Source: Oligoflexia bacterium
GTDB lineage: Bacteria > Bdellovibrionota > UBA1018
Length of the DNA: 64,000 nucleotides
Reading direction: 5' to 3'
Assembly (NCBI GenBank): GCA_046317855.1
Contig: JBKCVM010000034.1
Span: 1,985 to 65,984 of the forward strand
Numbering within the stretch: the stretch's first letter is position 1; every line of letters begins with the position of its first letter. The notes under the pieces are model-generated. The model made no database searches. It had not been told where the DNA came from and saw nothing but the letters and a program-made list of their open reading frames with translations. Position numbers and translations under genes: made by a program. Positions 38,499 to 48,495 of the stretch are shown here, one piece after another.

Positions 38499-41086
38499 TG
38501 GGGAGTTCCTGGGTTAGCCCCCTCATTCACTGGGGCGGTCGGAGCGGTTTGGGTTTCACCCGGAGGAGGTGTGCCGCCAGTAAAGGGGTTCTCCGGGCTT
38601 ACTTCTTTTGCCGGGAGGCCTGAGTCCGAGTCAAGCGTCTCTGCAGTCTTAGGTCGGTAAGAAGTAATGTCGCTCATATTTGGAAGCCTACGGATCAGAT
38701 CGTCTCGGTACTCACGCATCAGATCTCTCCCGCCGGCCTGGCGCTCGATGAAATCCTCTCGTTCTTTGAGTTTGCGATCCAGAAGAGCGCGAACCTTCTC
38801 GTACTGGCGCACGATATGGGGCGTCATAAAGATCATGAGGTTGGTTTTTTCAGAGGTGGTGTTTTTAGAACGAAACAGCCAGCCCAGAAGGGGGATATCC
38901 CCAAGAAGCGGGACCTTTGAGACACTTTCGTTTTGCTTGTCGCGAATCAATCCGCCGAGCACGACTGTGTCGCTGTCTGCGACAACGACGCTCGTCTGGG
39001 CATTTCGTTCAGTGGTACCAAAGGCAAATCCCCTGACCTGATCCGGAACGGCCCGGTTATTGATGTCCGCAAGCTTGGTGGTGACGTCCAGCTTTACAAA
39101 ATTGGACATCTTATTGATCTGCGGCTTGATCTTGATGGAAAGCGAGACGGACTCTTTGTTGTATCCAGTAGCGGTGGATCCTTGGATGGCAGTCACCGTC
39201 GGCACTGGAATCTTTTCAGCGCTCTCAAAAGTTGCCTCGGTATTGTCCAGCGTTAGGATCTGAGGAGTGGCAAGCACGTTTCCATAATCGTTGGTCTGAA
39301 TCGCTTTGATCAGACCTTGAATGCTTGAAACACTGAAAGTCTGCCCTGCAATCGTAAAGCTCTTTTTCTGGCCGGCTTGAAATCCCAGTACCAATCCTTT
39401 TTGGGAGATCGGGTTTTGTAAGAAGTTGAAGAGATCGCCACTTGGAATGGAGCCTGAGAGCGTCCCGGCAGAAGTGGGATTGACGATGTTGGTTGAAATT
39501 TCGAACAAGCGCGAAATGAGCATCTCCATGATGACGATTTCGACGTAGACCTCATCTCGCGGGATATCGAGCTTGTTGATGACTCGTTGAATGGTCACAA
39601 AATCGCCTGGACTTGCAGTGATTACGAGCGAGTTGGTGGCCTTGTCGGGCGATACTTTAATGTTCCCCTCAAATAGGTTTGTAGCCATGGGGTTGACGCC
39701 CGTTCCGCCGGCTGCCTGCGGGGCAGTCGCCCGGCCTGCTCCCTGAGAAAGATTATTGAGCGTGTTGGCGATCGACTCTGATTCAGCAAACTGGAGATAC
39801 ACGACATGCACACGGCCGCCGCCTGTTTGTGCCGGGATCTTTTGGTCCAGCTTTGCAACCAGTTCACGCACTTGGTCCGCGCCTTTGGTGTTAGCATGCA
39901 CGATCAGAGTGTTGGTGCGCTCATCGGCGATAATGGTATTGATGATTCCACCCTCTTTGGTGCGCCGTGCGGCAAAGCGTGAGCCGCCACCAAAGCCGCC
40001 CGCTGGGCGCGCAGCGCCGGATACTCCGCCTGCACTGGTTCCCGGGATGAGAGTGTCGATCAGCTTAGAGAGTTCTCCTGCTGAGGCAAACTTGACTGGA
40101 ATGACTTCGATGCCGGCGTCGTAGCCCTCGATGTCCAGAATCTCGAGCATTCTGTTGATTTTTGAAATATTGGCTCCGGTGTCGGTCACGATGACCGTGT
40201 TGGTCTGTTCGTGCGGAATGATCCGTGAACTCGTGGGCATGAAACTTCTCAGAACTCTCGTGATATTTTCAGCGTCGATGTACTTCAGCGGAAATACTCG
40301 AGTGATGAGAGCATCACTACTGGGTGCGTAGTCGCCCGTGTAAGTCTTGAGCTGTTTGTCCCGTGCGTCTCGCTGACGCGCAATGCGGATGTAGTTTCCG
40401 GACGGAATCAGTGCAAAGCCCGTCATGTCAAGTGCCGTGAGAAAGGCTTTCCATGCGTCCGATACAGTGATGGGTGAGTTTGAAATGATGGTGACGCGAC
40501 CTTTGACGTCCTTGTCGAGGATGAAGTTTTTTCCGGTGAGTTTTCCTAAGCTCTTAGCGATGTCCAAGATGTCGGCGTCCGGAAAGTTGAAATCGGTCAC
40601 CATTTCTTTGGCGCCTGGCCCAAGGCCAGTTTCATCTTCGATTTTGATGGGAGCTGGGGCCGCACGCTCGATGACACCCGATCCTGAACTGCTCCCACCC
40701 ATGGAGATGGGAGCGGAGCTGGGAGCTGACCCTCGAGCCGCCTTAGGTGCAGGCTGCACGTTACCCAGACCAGCGCCGGCGCCAGGAGAGCCCGGGCGTT
40801 TGAAATTTGAAAAGTCCTCCGCTGTTGCATCATCGTCGGCAAAGTCGTCGTCTTCGAAGAAGGGTGGAGGGGGGGCGCCGGGCCCGCCCGGGGCAGGCGC
40901 AAAGGGGTTATTAAAAGTCTTTCCGCCCCCGTTGAAGCCCGGGGTTTCGTTATCGGCAGCCCAGGCGCCCCCGCTGACCACCGCCAAGAGCGCTAGTGCA
41001 CCGATGAGCGCTGAAGCCCCAGCCAACCACTTGAGAGTCTGAACTGGAAACTCGCTTTCGAATGGGGGCCGGGTTGGGCTGGGCAT
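38495..41086 (-). CDS. gspD: type II secretion outer-membrane secretin D with a long disordered N-terminal linker and C-terminal tail
   Basis: ATG at 41086 with AAGGAG 9 nt upstream; the SD sits on the gspC stop. Signal peptide, then about 115 aa of G/P/A/D-rich low-complexity sequence. N0 domain (TDFNFPDADILDIAKSLGKLTGKNFILD), N1-N3 repeats, secretin core (VPLLGDIPLLGWLFRS), and a Pro/Thr-rich C-terminal tail. Confidence 0.85.
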   Translation of the reverse strand: MPSPTRPPFESEFPVQTLKWLAGASALIGALALLAVVSGGAWAADNETPGFNGGGKTFNNPFAPAPGGPGAPPPPFFEDDDFADDDATAEDFSNFKRPGSPGAGAGLGNVQPAPKAARGSAPSSAPISMGGSSSGSGVIERAAPAPIKIEDETGLGPGAKEMVTDFNFPDADILDIAKSLGKLTGKNFILDKDVKGRVTIISNSPITVSDAWKAFLTALDMTGFALIPSGNYIRIARQRDARDKQLKTYTGDYAPSSDALITRVFPLKYIDAENITRVLRSFMPTSSRIIPHEQTNTVIVTDTGANISKINRMLEILDIEGYDAGIEVIPVKFASAGELSKLIDTLIPGTSAGGVSGAARPAGGFGGGSRFAARRTKEGGIINTIIADERTNTLIVHANTKGADQVRELVAKLDQKIPAQTGGGRVHVVYLQFAESESIANTLNNLSQGAGRATAPQAAGGTGVNPMATNLFEGNIKVSPDKATNSLVITASPGDFVTIQRVINKLDIPRDEVYVEIVIMEMLISRLFEISTNIVNPTSAGTLSGSIPSGDLFNFLQNPISQKGLVLGFQAGQKKSFTIAGQTFSVSSIQGLIKAIQTNDYGNVLATPQILTLDNTEATFESAEKIPVPTVTAIQGSTATGYNKESVSLSIKIKPQINKMSNFVKLDVTTKLADINNRAVPDQVRGFAFGTTERNAQTSVVVADSDTVVLGGLIRDKQNESVSKVPLLGDIPLLGWLFRSKNTTSEKTNLMIFMTPHIVRQYEKVRALLDRKLKEREDFIERQAGGRDLMREYRDDLIRRLPNMSDITSYRPKTAETLDSDSGLPAKEVSPENPFTGGTPPPGETQTAPTAPVNEGANPGTPQ

Positions 41087-41099
41087 GAAGGGTTTCTCC

Positions 41100-42092
41100 T
41101 TAACGGACATCATAGGCAAAGTTCTGGGTTTTACCGTCTCTTTTGACGCACAGCTCGATGTGATTTGCAGTCCTGAGCTGGCCAAGAAGTTCAAGCGCTT
41201 TGGCAGGATCATTCACAGGCTGACCATCGATTCCACAAATGATGTCTTGGTCTTTGAGACCCAGTTTTCCAAAAAATCCTTCTGGCATCACTTGAAAGAG
41301 TTTGTAGCCTGCAGGTACGCCGTTCTCGTAATGCGGTACTGCTCGCGCTTGTGTGAGCACCGAGTTGAGATCGGCAAAGGCTCGGTCGAGCTCATTTTTT
41401 GGGACGTTAAAGTTGTTTCCTTGTCTCTCGATGGAGCCCGAAGCCTTACTCGGCGCAAGCCCAACTCGAGGCAGGTTGGCGTCAAGCTCCTCGGGGAGTT
41501 CAACGAATTCACGTCTGCCTGATGAAGTGTTGATGAAGATGACTTTGCGCGGTTCAATCTTAATGATTTTTGCCTTGCTTGGAATTTCGTCGTCGATTCG
41601 AACGGGATAGACTGCAGATGCTGATCGATCTTCGATAGTCGCAATCGAACGCAGTTCGTCCCTTAAAATGATCGTACCGACCAAGTTAAAGGGGAGTGAA
41701 GTCCTGACGGGGGTCCCTCCTTGGTCAGGAGCCATTCCGCCCTCTGTGTCTTCTCCAGGGATCTTTCCAGCGCTGCTGAAGAGGTTTCGATTAAAGATAA
41801 CGGCATAGTCATCTGCGGTGGGCGGGCGTCGGAAAGAGCCACTGGAGATACCGCTGGGTTCAAGTCCTCTCACTCTGGGTTGTGGGAGTTTGCTCTGAAT
41901 CACAATCGAAACCAGGTCCGAGACAAAGTATGCAGACACGAACAGTGTGCCCAGCTTTGAGTAAAAGCTCAGGTCCCGCTTCTTGAGTCGTGTCAGCAGG
42001 GCCTCGGTCCCGGTGGAGATCCATCGGGCTCCTTGGGTTTTTGTGATCGCCTGAGCACGATCCAGCCATTGTCTGATTTTGGTTTGGTTCAT
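41100..42092 (-). CDS. gspC: type II secretion system protein C-like with C-terminal PDZ domain
   Basis: Start taken at MNQTKIRQWL (42092); a GTG at 42149 is also possible. One TM (LGTLFVSAYFVSDLVSIVI), a periplasmic HR-like region and a C-terminal PDZ-like segment (GYKLFQV...GLKDQDIICGIDGQPVNDP). Confidence 0.6.
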   Translation of the reverse strand: MNQTKIRQWLDRAQAITKTQGARWISTGTEALLTRLKKRDLSFYSKLGTLFVSAYFVSDLVSIVIQSKLPQPRVRGLEPSGISSGSFRRPPTADDYAVIFNRNLFSSAGKIPGEDTEGGMAPDQGGTPVRTSLPFNLVGTIILRDELRSIATIEDRSASAVYPVRIDDEIPSKAKIIKIEPRKVIFINTSSGRREFVELPEELDANLPRVGLAPSKASGSIERQGNNFNVPKNELDRAFADLNSVLTQARAVPHYENGVPAGYKLFQVMPEGFFGKLGLKDQDIICGIDGQPVNDPAKALELLGQLRTANHIELCVKRDGKTQNFAYDVR

Positions 42093-42228
42093 GGCTACAG
42101 TGCATTGAACGCAAGAGCAGTGCCAATCAGGACGAGAAAATTTTGACACTTCTTAAGCGGTCAGCGCCATTGAGAGTGAATCCGGAGTGATCGAGTTCTG
42201 ACCTCTGACGCTCGAGAGACTGAGGCTT

Positions 42229-42283
42229 TTGACAAAATGTCAGAGCACTCGTTTTAGCGAACCTTGCCACTGACATTTTGTCA
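42229..42283. promoter_or_regulatory. pair of palindromic operator-like sites TGACA-N3-TGTCA (42230-42242 and 42271-42283) in the divergent gspC/acyl-CoA-dehydrogenase intergenic region; the first overlaps a consensus -35 TTGACA
   Basis: Read directly: cttTTGACAAAATGTCAgagc...ccacTGACATTTTGTCAtctcAGGAGcat. The two sites are reverse complements of each other, centre-to-centre 41 bp apart. Confidence 0.45.
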
Positions 42284-42305
42284 TCTCAGGAGCATACTTT
42301 GGGAT

Positions 42306-44060
42306 ATGAACTCAAAAGACGCTGCCAGCAATTCGGTCATGAAGTCCTTGTTCTTTGGAGAAGTGCGCGAGGACCTACTTTTTCCATATCCAAAGATGAG
42401 TCAAGAGACCCAAGGGACGGTCTCGATGGTCCTCGATTCAATCGAGAAGTTTGCAAAAGATCATGTGCGTTCTTCAGAATGGGACGACGCAGGCAAGATG
42501 CCTCGTGAAATCGTGAATCAGGCGGCCGAGCTCGGTTTGATGGGCCTCGGGGTCCCGGAGGATCTGGGGGGGCTTGGCTTTAGTCAAATGGCCTACGCTC
42601 GAGTGTTTCAAATGCTCTCGACCGTGGATGCTTCGCTGGCGGTCACTTTGGGTGCCCACCAAAGCATCGGATATAAAGCAGTGCTTCTTTTTGGAACCGA
42701 TGAACAAAAAAAACGTTGGCTCCCTCGTCTAGCGTCCGGCTCCATGGTGGCCTGTTACTGCCTGACGGAACCAGGAAGCGGCTCGGATGCAGCTTCGATT
42801 AAAACCAAGGCAGTGCTGTCGGCTGACGGCAGTCACTACGTGATCACAGGAAATAAACTCTGGATTACCAACGGCGGAATTGCTGATTTTATGACCGTCT
42901 TTGCAAAAGTGGATTTTAAGGATCCCAAGACGGGGGAGACTTCTGAGAAAGTCACCTGCTTTGCGCTTGAGCTTCCGGCCCAAGGAGTGACCGTTGGGCC
43001 TGCTGAACATAAATTGGGCATTCGGGCCTCTTGGACTAATGCCGTCCATTTTGACCAAGTCAAAGTGCCTGTTCAAAACGTCATTGGGGGCGAGGGCCAG
43101 GGCTTCAAAGTAGCCATGGGAGTGCTCAATCATGGCCGGATGGGTCTTGCAGCAGGAAGTGTGGGCGCTGCAAAGAAACTCATGGCCTCAGCGATTGAGC
43201 ATTGCAACGAACGAGTCCAGTTCAAAAAGAAAATTGGCGAGTTTGGGATGATCAAAGAAAAGATCGCCCGAATGATGTCTAATCTCTATGCAGCAGAAAG
43301 CATGGTTTTCATGACCACAAGCCTCATTGATCGGGGTAATGTGGATTATTCCATCGAAAGCGCCGCAGCCAAAGTCTTTGCCACTGAGATGCTTTGGGAG
43401 GTTGCCGACGAGAACCTTCAGATTTGGGCAGGCTTGGGCTTCATGAAGGAGTATCCCTTTGAAAGGGCGCTTCGAGACGCGCGAATCAATCGAATCTTTG
43501 AGGGTACCAATGAAATTTTACGAGCCTTCGTAGCGCTCTCTGGGATGCAGGGACCAGGTCAGGAGCTGGCAGGGCTTGCCGATGCGATCAAGCATCCGCT
43601 CAAAGGACTGGGGGTCGTGGGAGAGTTTGCTGCAAGAAATGTCCGTCAGAGAGTGTTCGGCACGAGTTTGTCCAAGCCGCATCCCGCTCTCAAAAAGCAA
43701 GCGGCGATGATTGAAGACTACTCAGTCGAGTTTGCGACTCAAGTGCAGGTTCTTCTTCGGAGACATGGAAAGAGCATTCACTTGATGCAGTTTGCTCAAA
43801 AGCGCCTTGCTGAGATTGCAATCGATCTTTACGCCATGATGTGCACGCTCTCGCGTGTGACTGCTCAGATTGAGTCCAAGGGAGGTGAGGCTTGTGAGTT
43901 TGAAATTGCGCTCACGGCCACTTTTTTCAATCGGGCATCGAAGCGGATTGAGGCGCATTTTCTGTCCATGGATCGAAACGATGACGAGATCATGAAGTAC
44001 ATTGCAGAAAAATCCTATGAACTCGGAAAGGCACCGTTTGACATCATGACGGACGGGTGA
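42306..44060 (+). CDS. acyl-CoA dehydrogenase (long form with C-terminal extension)
   Basis: ATG at 42306 downstream of AGGAG. ACAD N-, middle- and C-domain pattern (..CYCLTEPGSGSDAASI.., ..GGEGQGFKVAMGVLNHGR.., ..ENLQIWAGLGFMKEYPFERALRDARINRIFEGTNEI..). 585 aa from this start. Confidence 0.85.
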   Translation: MNSKDAASNSVMKSLFFGEVREDLLFPYPKMSQETQGTVSMVLDSIEKFAKDHVRSSEWDDAGKMPREIVNQAAELGLMGLGVPEDLGGLGFSQMAYARVFQMLSTVDASLAVTLGAHQSIGYKAVLLFGTDEQKKRWLPRLASGSMVACYCLTEPGSGSDAASIKTKAVLSADGSHYVITGNKLWITNGGIADFMTVFAKVDFKDPKTGETSEKVTCFALELPAQGVTVGPAEHKLGIRASWTNAVHFDQVKVPVQNVIGGEGQGFKVAMGVLNHGRMGLAAGSVGAAKKLMASAIEHCNERVQFKKKIGEFGMIKEKIARMMSNLYAAESMVFMTTSLIDRGNVDYSIESAAAKVFATEMLWEVADENLQIWAGLGFMKEYPFERALRDARINRIFEGTNEILRAFVALSGMQGPGQELAGLADAIKHPLKGLGVVGEFAARNVRQRVFGTSLSKPHPALKKQAAMIEDYSVEFATQVQVLLRRHGKSIHLMQFAQKRLAEIAIDLYAMMCTLSRVTAQIESKGGEACEFEIALTATFFNRASKRIEAHFLSMDRNDDEIMKYIAEKSYELGKAPFDIMTDG

Positions 44061-44107
44061 CCGGGGAGGCGGGTCGTTCTTGGGGTAGACAAGAGGTCAC
44101 TTTTTAT
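44056..44107 (+). terminator. possible terminator after the acyl-CoA dehydrogenase gene
   Basis: GGTGACC...GGTCAC long-range stem enclosing the stop codon, followed by TTTTTATT. The loop is long, so confidence is low. Confidence 0.35.
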
Positions 44108-44168
44108 TAAATTTTTATAAACCATCATAAAATCAATATCTTACGATTTCCTACAGTCCGTGTCAGGT

Positions 44169-44197
44169 TTGACTCAGGCTGGCTTTGGTGCTACATT
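44169..44197 (+). promoter_or_regulatory. putative sigma70 promoter for cdnL
   Basis: TTGACT (44169-44174), 17-nt spacer, TACATT (44192-44197). GAGG SD at about 44213 and ATG at 44226. Confidence 0.4.
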
Positions 44198-44225
44198 CCC
44201 GCAGTCCTTTTGTGAGGTAGTCCCA

Positions 44226-44720
44226 ATGGCCAGTACGTTGTTCAAGGTCGGCGACAATGCAGTTTATCCAGCTCACGGCGTGACCGTCGTGAAGCGCATC
44301 GATGAACGGGACGTCGGCGGCAAAAAGAAGAAGTTCTACGTTCTGCAAGTCGTCGAGAACCAGATGACCATCATGGTGCCGACCGACAATGCGGATTCCG
44401 TTGGATTGCGCGAGATCATTTCTGCCAAGGACGTTCAAACCGTCTATAAAATCCTTAAGCAGCGCAACATCAAGATCGACCAGACCACCTGGAATCGCCG
44501 TTATCGCGAATACATGGAGAAGATCAAGACCGGCTCCGTGTTTGAAATCGCCGAAGTGCTGCGAAACCTCTTTTTGCTTCGCCACAGCAAGGACCTCTCT
44601 TTTGGTGAGCGAAAGATGTTGGACCAGGCCAAGCAGCTCCTCGTCCGCGAGATCTCGCTGGCTCGGCAGGCCCAAGAATCTGTAATTGAGCAAGAAATCC
44701 AAACGATTTTTGCTTCCTGA
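44226..44720 (+). CDS. cdnL: CarD/CdnL-family RNA-polymerase-binding transcription factor
   Basis: MASTLFKVGDNAVYPAHGVTVVKRIDERDVGGKKKKFYVL matches the CarD_CdnL_TRCF N-domain. About 165 aa from the ATG at 44226. Confidence 0.8.
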   Translation: MASTLFKVGDNAVYPAHGVTVVKRIDERDVGGKKKKFYVLQVVENQMTIMVPTDNADSVGLREIISAKDVQTVYKILKQRNIKIDQTTWNRRYREYMEKIKTGSVFEIAEVLRNLFLLRHSKDLSFGERKMLDQAKQLLVREISLARQAQESVIEQEIQTIFAS

Positions 44721-44746
44721 CTTTGTCCCGGTTGGACTATCTTTGA

Positions 44747-44782
44747 CCCCGGCCCTGAAAGAGTTGGGCCGGGGTTTTTTTT
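44747..44782 (+). terminator. rho-independent terminator-like hairpin immediately abutting the cysS start codon
   Basis: CCCCGGCCC tgaaagagttg GGGCCGGGG followed by TTTTTTTT; the cysS ATG is at 44783. Confidence 0.55.
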
Positions 44783-46279
44783 ATGTCCGTACCGCTGCAG
44801 ATCCGAGTCACGAACACCCTGACGGGTAACAAAGAGCCGCTCCAAACTCGCGAGCCCGGCAAGATCACGCTCTATTCTTGCGGCCCTACCGTTTACAACT
44901 TCATCCATATCGGCAATCTGCGCGCTGCACTGGCTGCTGATCTCTTCTTCCGATTTTTCAAGCGCGCCGGCTACCAGGTGAATTTTGTGCGCAACTATAC
45001 GGATGTGGATGACAAGATCATCAAGCGCGCTCTTGAAGAAAGGATTACTTCAGAAGAAGTGGCCCGAAAGTACATTCAAGAGGTCGAGCGCGACTTTGCG
45101 CTGGCGGGCCTACAGGAGCCTACTCACAAGACCACAGTTACGACCCACATGCCTGAGATCGTAGCCATGATCGAAAGGATCATTTCGAACGGCCACGGCT
45201 ATGCTGTCGACGGAGAAGTGTTCTTTTCAGTTTCCAGTTTTCCTGAGTATGGAAAACTTTCGCACAAGAAACTGGACGAGCTTGAAGTGGGCGCCCGGGT
45301 CGAAGTCAACGAGCGTAAGCGCAGTGGACTTGATTTTTCGCTCTGGAAGCCTGCTAAGCCCGGAGAGCCTTCTTGGGATTCACCTTGGGGCAAGGGGCGG
45401 CCCGGCTGGCACATCGAGTGCTCGGCCATGGCGTCGAAGTGGCTGGGCGACCAGATTGACGTGCATCACGGGGGCGAGGATCTGATTTTTCCGCACCACG
45501 AAAATGAGATTGCCCAGAGTGAGTGTGCGTCGGGCTGTGCTCCTTTTGTTAAATTTTGGCTGCATTCTGCTTTTCTGACGATCTCTAAAGAAAAAATGTC
45601 CAAGAGTGTGGGCAACGTGTTTTTGGCGCGGGAGTTTTTGTCGCAGTACTCAGGTGAGGTGGCTCGGGCGCTTCTGCTTTCAGCCCATTATCGTTCGATC
45701 CTCGATTTTAGTGAGGACTCCATCGATCAGGCGCTGACTGGGCTCTCGCGTATCTATGAGGCTAAGCAAAAAGCTTTCGATTTGCTCAAGACCAGACGTG
45801 CAGTGCCGGACCTGAGGGCCGAGGCCATCTGGGGAGAGTTTGTGCAAGATTGCGAGAAGACTCGAAGGCTTTTTGACGAGGCCATGTGCAACGACTTTAA
45901 TACTCCAGAAGTCTTTGCGGCGCTCTTTCAGTTGGTGCGCGAGTTCAATCGTGTCTCGGCCGAACCTCTGGCGTTGGCCACGCCTGCAGCGAGCTTGGGA
46001 GCCCAAGCTTTGGTGGATCTGCTTGAAAAAGACCTGGGAGAGATCACTGGGATCGGGCGGCAAGATCCAGTGCGTGCTCTGGCTGATCTTTCTCGGATTC
46101 GAGCGGCACGCGCAGGCAGCAAGATTACTCCTGAGCAGGTGGAGTCACTTCTGGTCGAACGCAGAGAGGCCAGAAAAGCCAAAAACTTTGCGCGGGCCGA
46201 TGATATCCGCAAGGAGCTCGATGCGCAGGGTGTGACGATCAAGGACGGTCCCCAGGGTACAACCTGGGAGTACCGCTGA
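44783..46279 (+). CDS. cysS: cysteine-tRNA ligase
   Basis: 498 aa. Zn-binding C at [18 protein letters not shown] (HIGH-type), KMSKSVGN, and a C-terminal DALR/anticodon-binding region. Confidence 0.9.
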   Translation: MSVPLQIRVTNTLTGNKEPLQTREPGKITLYSCGPTVYNFIHIGNLRAALAADLFFRFFKRAGYQVNFVRNYTDVDDKIIKRALEERITSEEVARKYIQEVERDFALAGLQEPTHKTTVTTHMPEIVAMIERIISNGHGYAVDGEVFFSVSSFPEYGKLSHKKLDELEVGARVEVNERKRSGLDFSLWKPAKPGEPSWDSPWGKGRPGWHIECSAMASKWLGDQIDVHHGGEDLIFPHHENEIAQSECASGCAPFVKFWLHSAFLTISKEKMSKSVGNVFLAREFLSQYSGEVARALLLSAHYRSILDFSEDSIDQALTGLSRIYEAKQKAFDLLKTRRAVPDLRAEAIWGEFVQDCEKTRRLFDEAMCNDFNTPEVFAALFQLVREFNRVSAEPLALATPAASLGAQALVDLLEKDLGEITGIGRQDPVRALADLSRIRAARAGSKITPEQVESLLVERREARKAKNFARADDIRKELDAQGVTIKDGPQGTTWEYR

Positions 46280-46290
46280 GGGCGCCTGCA

Positions 46291-48471
46291 GTGGCTCCAG
46301 TTTTTGGAGATCGAAAGTTCAAGCTGGCCACACCTTTTCAGCCAACCGGTGACCAGCCGCAGGCAATCGAGGCGCTCTCTCGGGGATTGATTCAAGGTCA
46401 AAAGAGTCAGGTGCTTTTGGGGGTCACGGGCTCGGGTAAGACCTTTACGATGGCCAACGTCATTGCCCGAGTGAACAAGCCCACGTTGATTCTGTGCCAT
46501 AACAAGACACTCGCAGCGCAATTGTTCTCGGAATTTAGGGAGTTCTTTCCAGAAAATGCTGTCGAGTACTTCGTCAGCTACTACGACTATTACCAGCCTG
46601 AAGCCTATATTCCTTCGACCGACACTTATATCGAGAAGGACTCAGCCATCAATGAGGAGATCGACAAGCTCAGGCATTCAGCTACTCGGTCGCTACTGGA
46701 TCGCAACGACGTGATCATCGTTTCTTCAATCTCCTGCATCTACGGTCTGGGTTCGCCCGAAGCTTATGAGGGCATGCTGCTCTATCTTGAAGAGGGGCGC
46801 GAGCTGAAGCGACAAGAAATGCTGCATAAGCTCATCGAGATCCAGTACCAGCGCAATGACGTAGATTTTCATCGCGGAACGTTTCGGGTGCGCGGGGATG
46901 TGGTGGAGATTTTTCCTGCCTACGAAGAAGATCGTGCGATTCGTGTGGAGTTTTTTGGAGATGAGATTGAGAGCCTTTCTGAAATTGACCCTCTCCGAGG
47001 AGTGAGGCTGCAAAAAATCCCTAAAGTAACGATCTATCCGGGTAGCCACTATGTAACGACGGCCGAGAGCCGCAAGCGGGCAATCGAATCTATCCGGATC
47101 GAACTCAGAGAGCGCCTGCAAGAATTGCGAGTGAACCAGCGGCTGCTCGAGGCGCAGCGGCTAGAACAGAGGACGATGTTTGACCTCGAGATGATGGAAG
47201 AGATTGGCTTCTGTCAGGGGATTGAAAACTATTCTCGGCACCTGACCGGTCGTCCGCCTGGAGCCCCGCCGCCCACGTTGCTGGAGTATTTTTCTAAAGA
47301 TTGGCTTCTGGTCGTCGATGAAAGTCACGTGACTGTCCCGCAAATCGGAGGAATGTACCGAGGGGATCGCGCGCGAAAATCCACTCTCGTCGAACACGGT
47401 TTCAGACTTCCGTCCGCGCTCGATAATCGCCCGCTGAACTTCGAGGAGTGGGAGGGGTGCCTCAATCAGACGGTTTTTGTTTCTGCCACCCCTGGGGAGT
47501 ATGAGCTTGTAAAAACGGGCGGAGAAGTGGTCGAGCAGGTGATTCGTCCGACCGGTCTTTTGGATCCAATCGTCGAAGTGAGACCGGCTGGAACCCAAGT
47601 GGATGACCTACTGGGTGAGATCCGCAAACGCACTGAGAAAGGCCATCGTGTGCTCGTGACGACTCTCACCAAGAAGCTTGCCGAAGACCTGACGCGCTAC
47701 TCCACCGAAAAAGGCGTGAAGGTGAAGTACCTCCACTCTGACATCGACACGCTCGAGCGCATCGAAATCCTGCGAGACCTGCGAATGGGGCTCTTTGATG
47801 TCCTGATCGGGATCAATCTTCTCAGGGAGGGGTTGGACCTGCCAGAGGTCTCTCTCGTGGCGATCTTGGATGCCGACAAAGAGGGCTTCTTGCGCAGTCA
47901 GCGTTCGCTGATCCAGACGATCGGGCGCGCAGCGCGAAATGCAGAGGGTTTTGTTGTTCTGTACGCTGACAAAGTTACCGATAGTATGCGGGTAGCGATC
48001 GACGAAACCCGACGAAGACGGGCCATCCAAGAAGAGTATAATCTTAAAAACGGGATCACTCCGCGCACGGTGCAGAAGGCTATTCCTGCACCCATGGTTT
48101 CGGGTGAGGGGACAGAGGGGGGTGATGGCAGTTTTGTTTCAAGCGCCCGAAAGTCCGAAAAGCAAAACTCGGCTGTACTGGCCAAACGGGCACTCCGGAC
48201 CGGGGCTGGATCAGGGCACTCCAAGAGCCTTTGGACGGCCGCCGAAGACGCCGTGGCTGGGCTTGACCTTCTCGATGCCGCAGCAACCGTCGATGCGATT
48301 GCTGAGACAGCCGGTGAGTATTTCACCAAGATCGAGGAACTTGCTAAATCTATGCGCAAGATGGAAGCAGACATGCGCGAGGCTGCGCAGAAGCTTGACT
48401 TCGAGCAGGCGGCCCGCCTGAGAGATAGGCTTCGAAGACTTCGTGCTCTATCGCTCGGGCTGGCACTCTAA
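46291..48471 (+). CDS. uvrB: excinuclease ABC subunit B
   Basis: 726 aa, GTG start. [23 protein letters not shown], the beta-hairpin region [10 protein letters not shown], helicase motifs and a C-terminal UvrC-binding coiled coil ([10 protein letters not shown]). Confidence 0.9.
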   Translation: MAPVFGDRKFKLATPFQPTGDQPQAIEALSRGLIQGQKSQVLLGVTGSGKTFTMANVIARVNKPTLILCHNKTLAAQLFSEFREFFPENAVEYFVSYYDYYQPEAYIPSTDTYIEKDSAINEEIDKLRHSATRSLLDRNDVIIVSSISCIYGLGSPEAYEGMLLYLEEGRELKRQEMLHKLIEIQYQRNDVDFHRGTFRVRGDVVEIFPAYEEDRAIRVEFFGDEIESLSEIDPLRGVRLQKIPKVTIYPGSHYVTTAESRKRAIESIRIELRERLQELRVNQRLLEAQRLEQRTMFDLEMMEEIGFCQGIENYSRHLTGRPPGAPPPTLLEYFSKDWLLVVDESHVTVPQIGGMYRGDRARKSTLVEHGFRLPSALDNRPLNFEEWEGCLNQTVFVSATPGEYELVKTGGEVVEQVIRPTGLLDPIVEVRPAGTQVDDLLGEIRKRTEKGHRVLVTTLTKKLAEDLTRYSTEKGVKVKYLHSDIDTLERIEILRDLRMGLFDVLIGINLLREGLDLPEVSLVAILDADKEGFLRSQRSLIQTIGRAARNAEGFVVLYADKVTDSMRVAIDETRRRRAIQEEYNLKNGITPRTVQKAIPAPMVSGEGTEGGDGSFVSSARKSEKQNSAVLAKRALRTGAGSGHSKSLWTAAEDAVAGLDLLDAAATVDAIAETAGEYFTKIEELAKSMRKMEADMREAAQKLDFEQAARLRDRLRRLRALSLGLAL

Positions 48472-48495
48472 GCGCATTTGCCCTAGAACCTCGGC

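Noticed and set aside
40425-41042. 205-aa Ala/Gly/Pro-rich ORF on the + strand
   Set aside because: It is the mirror image of the low-complexity region of gspD on the minus strand and has no independent support.
41087-41212. Longer GspD start at 41212 overlapping gspC
   Set aside because: The ATG at 41086 has a perfect AAGGAG 9 nt upstream and begins directly with a signal peptide. The upstream extension overlaps the gspC C-terminus in another frame.
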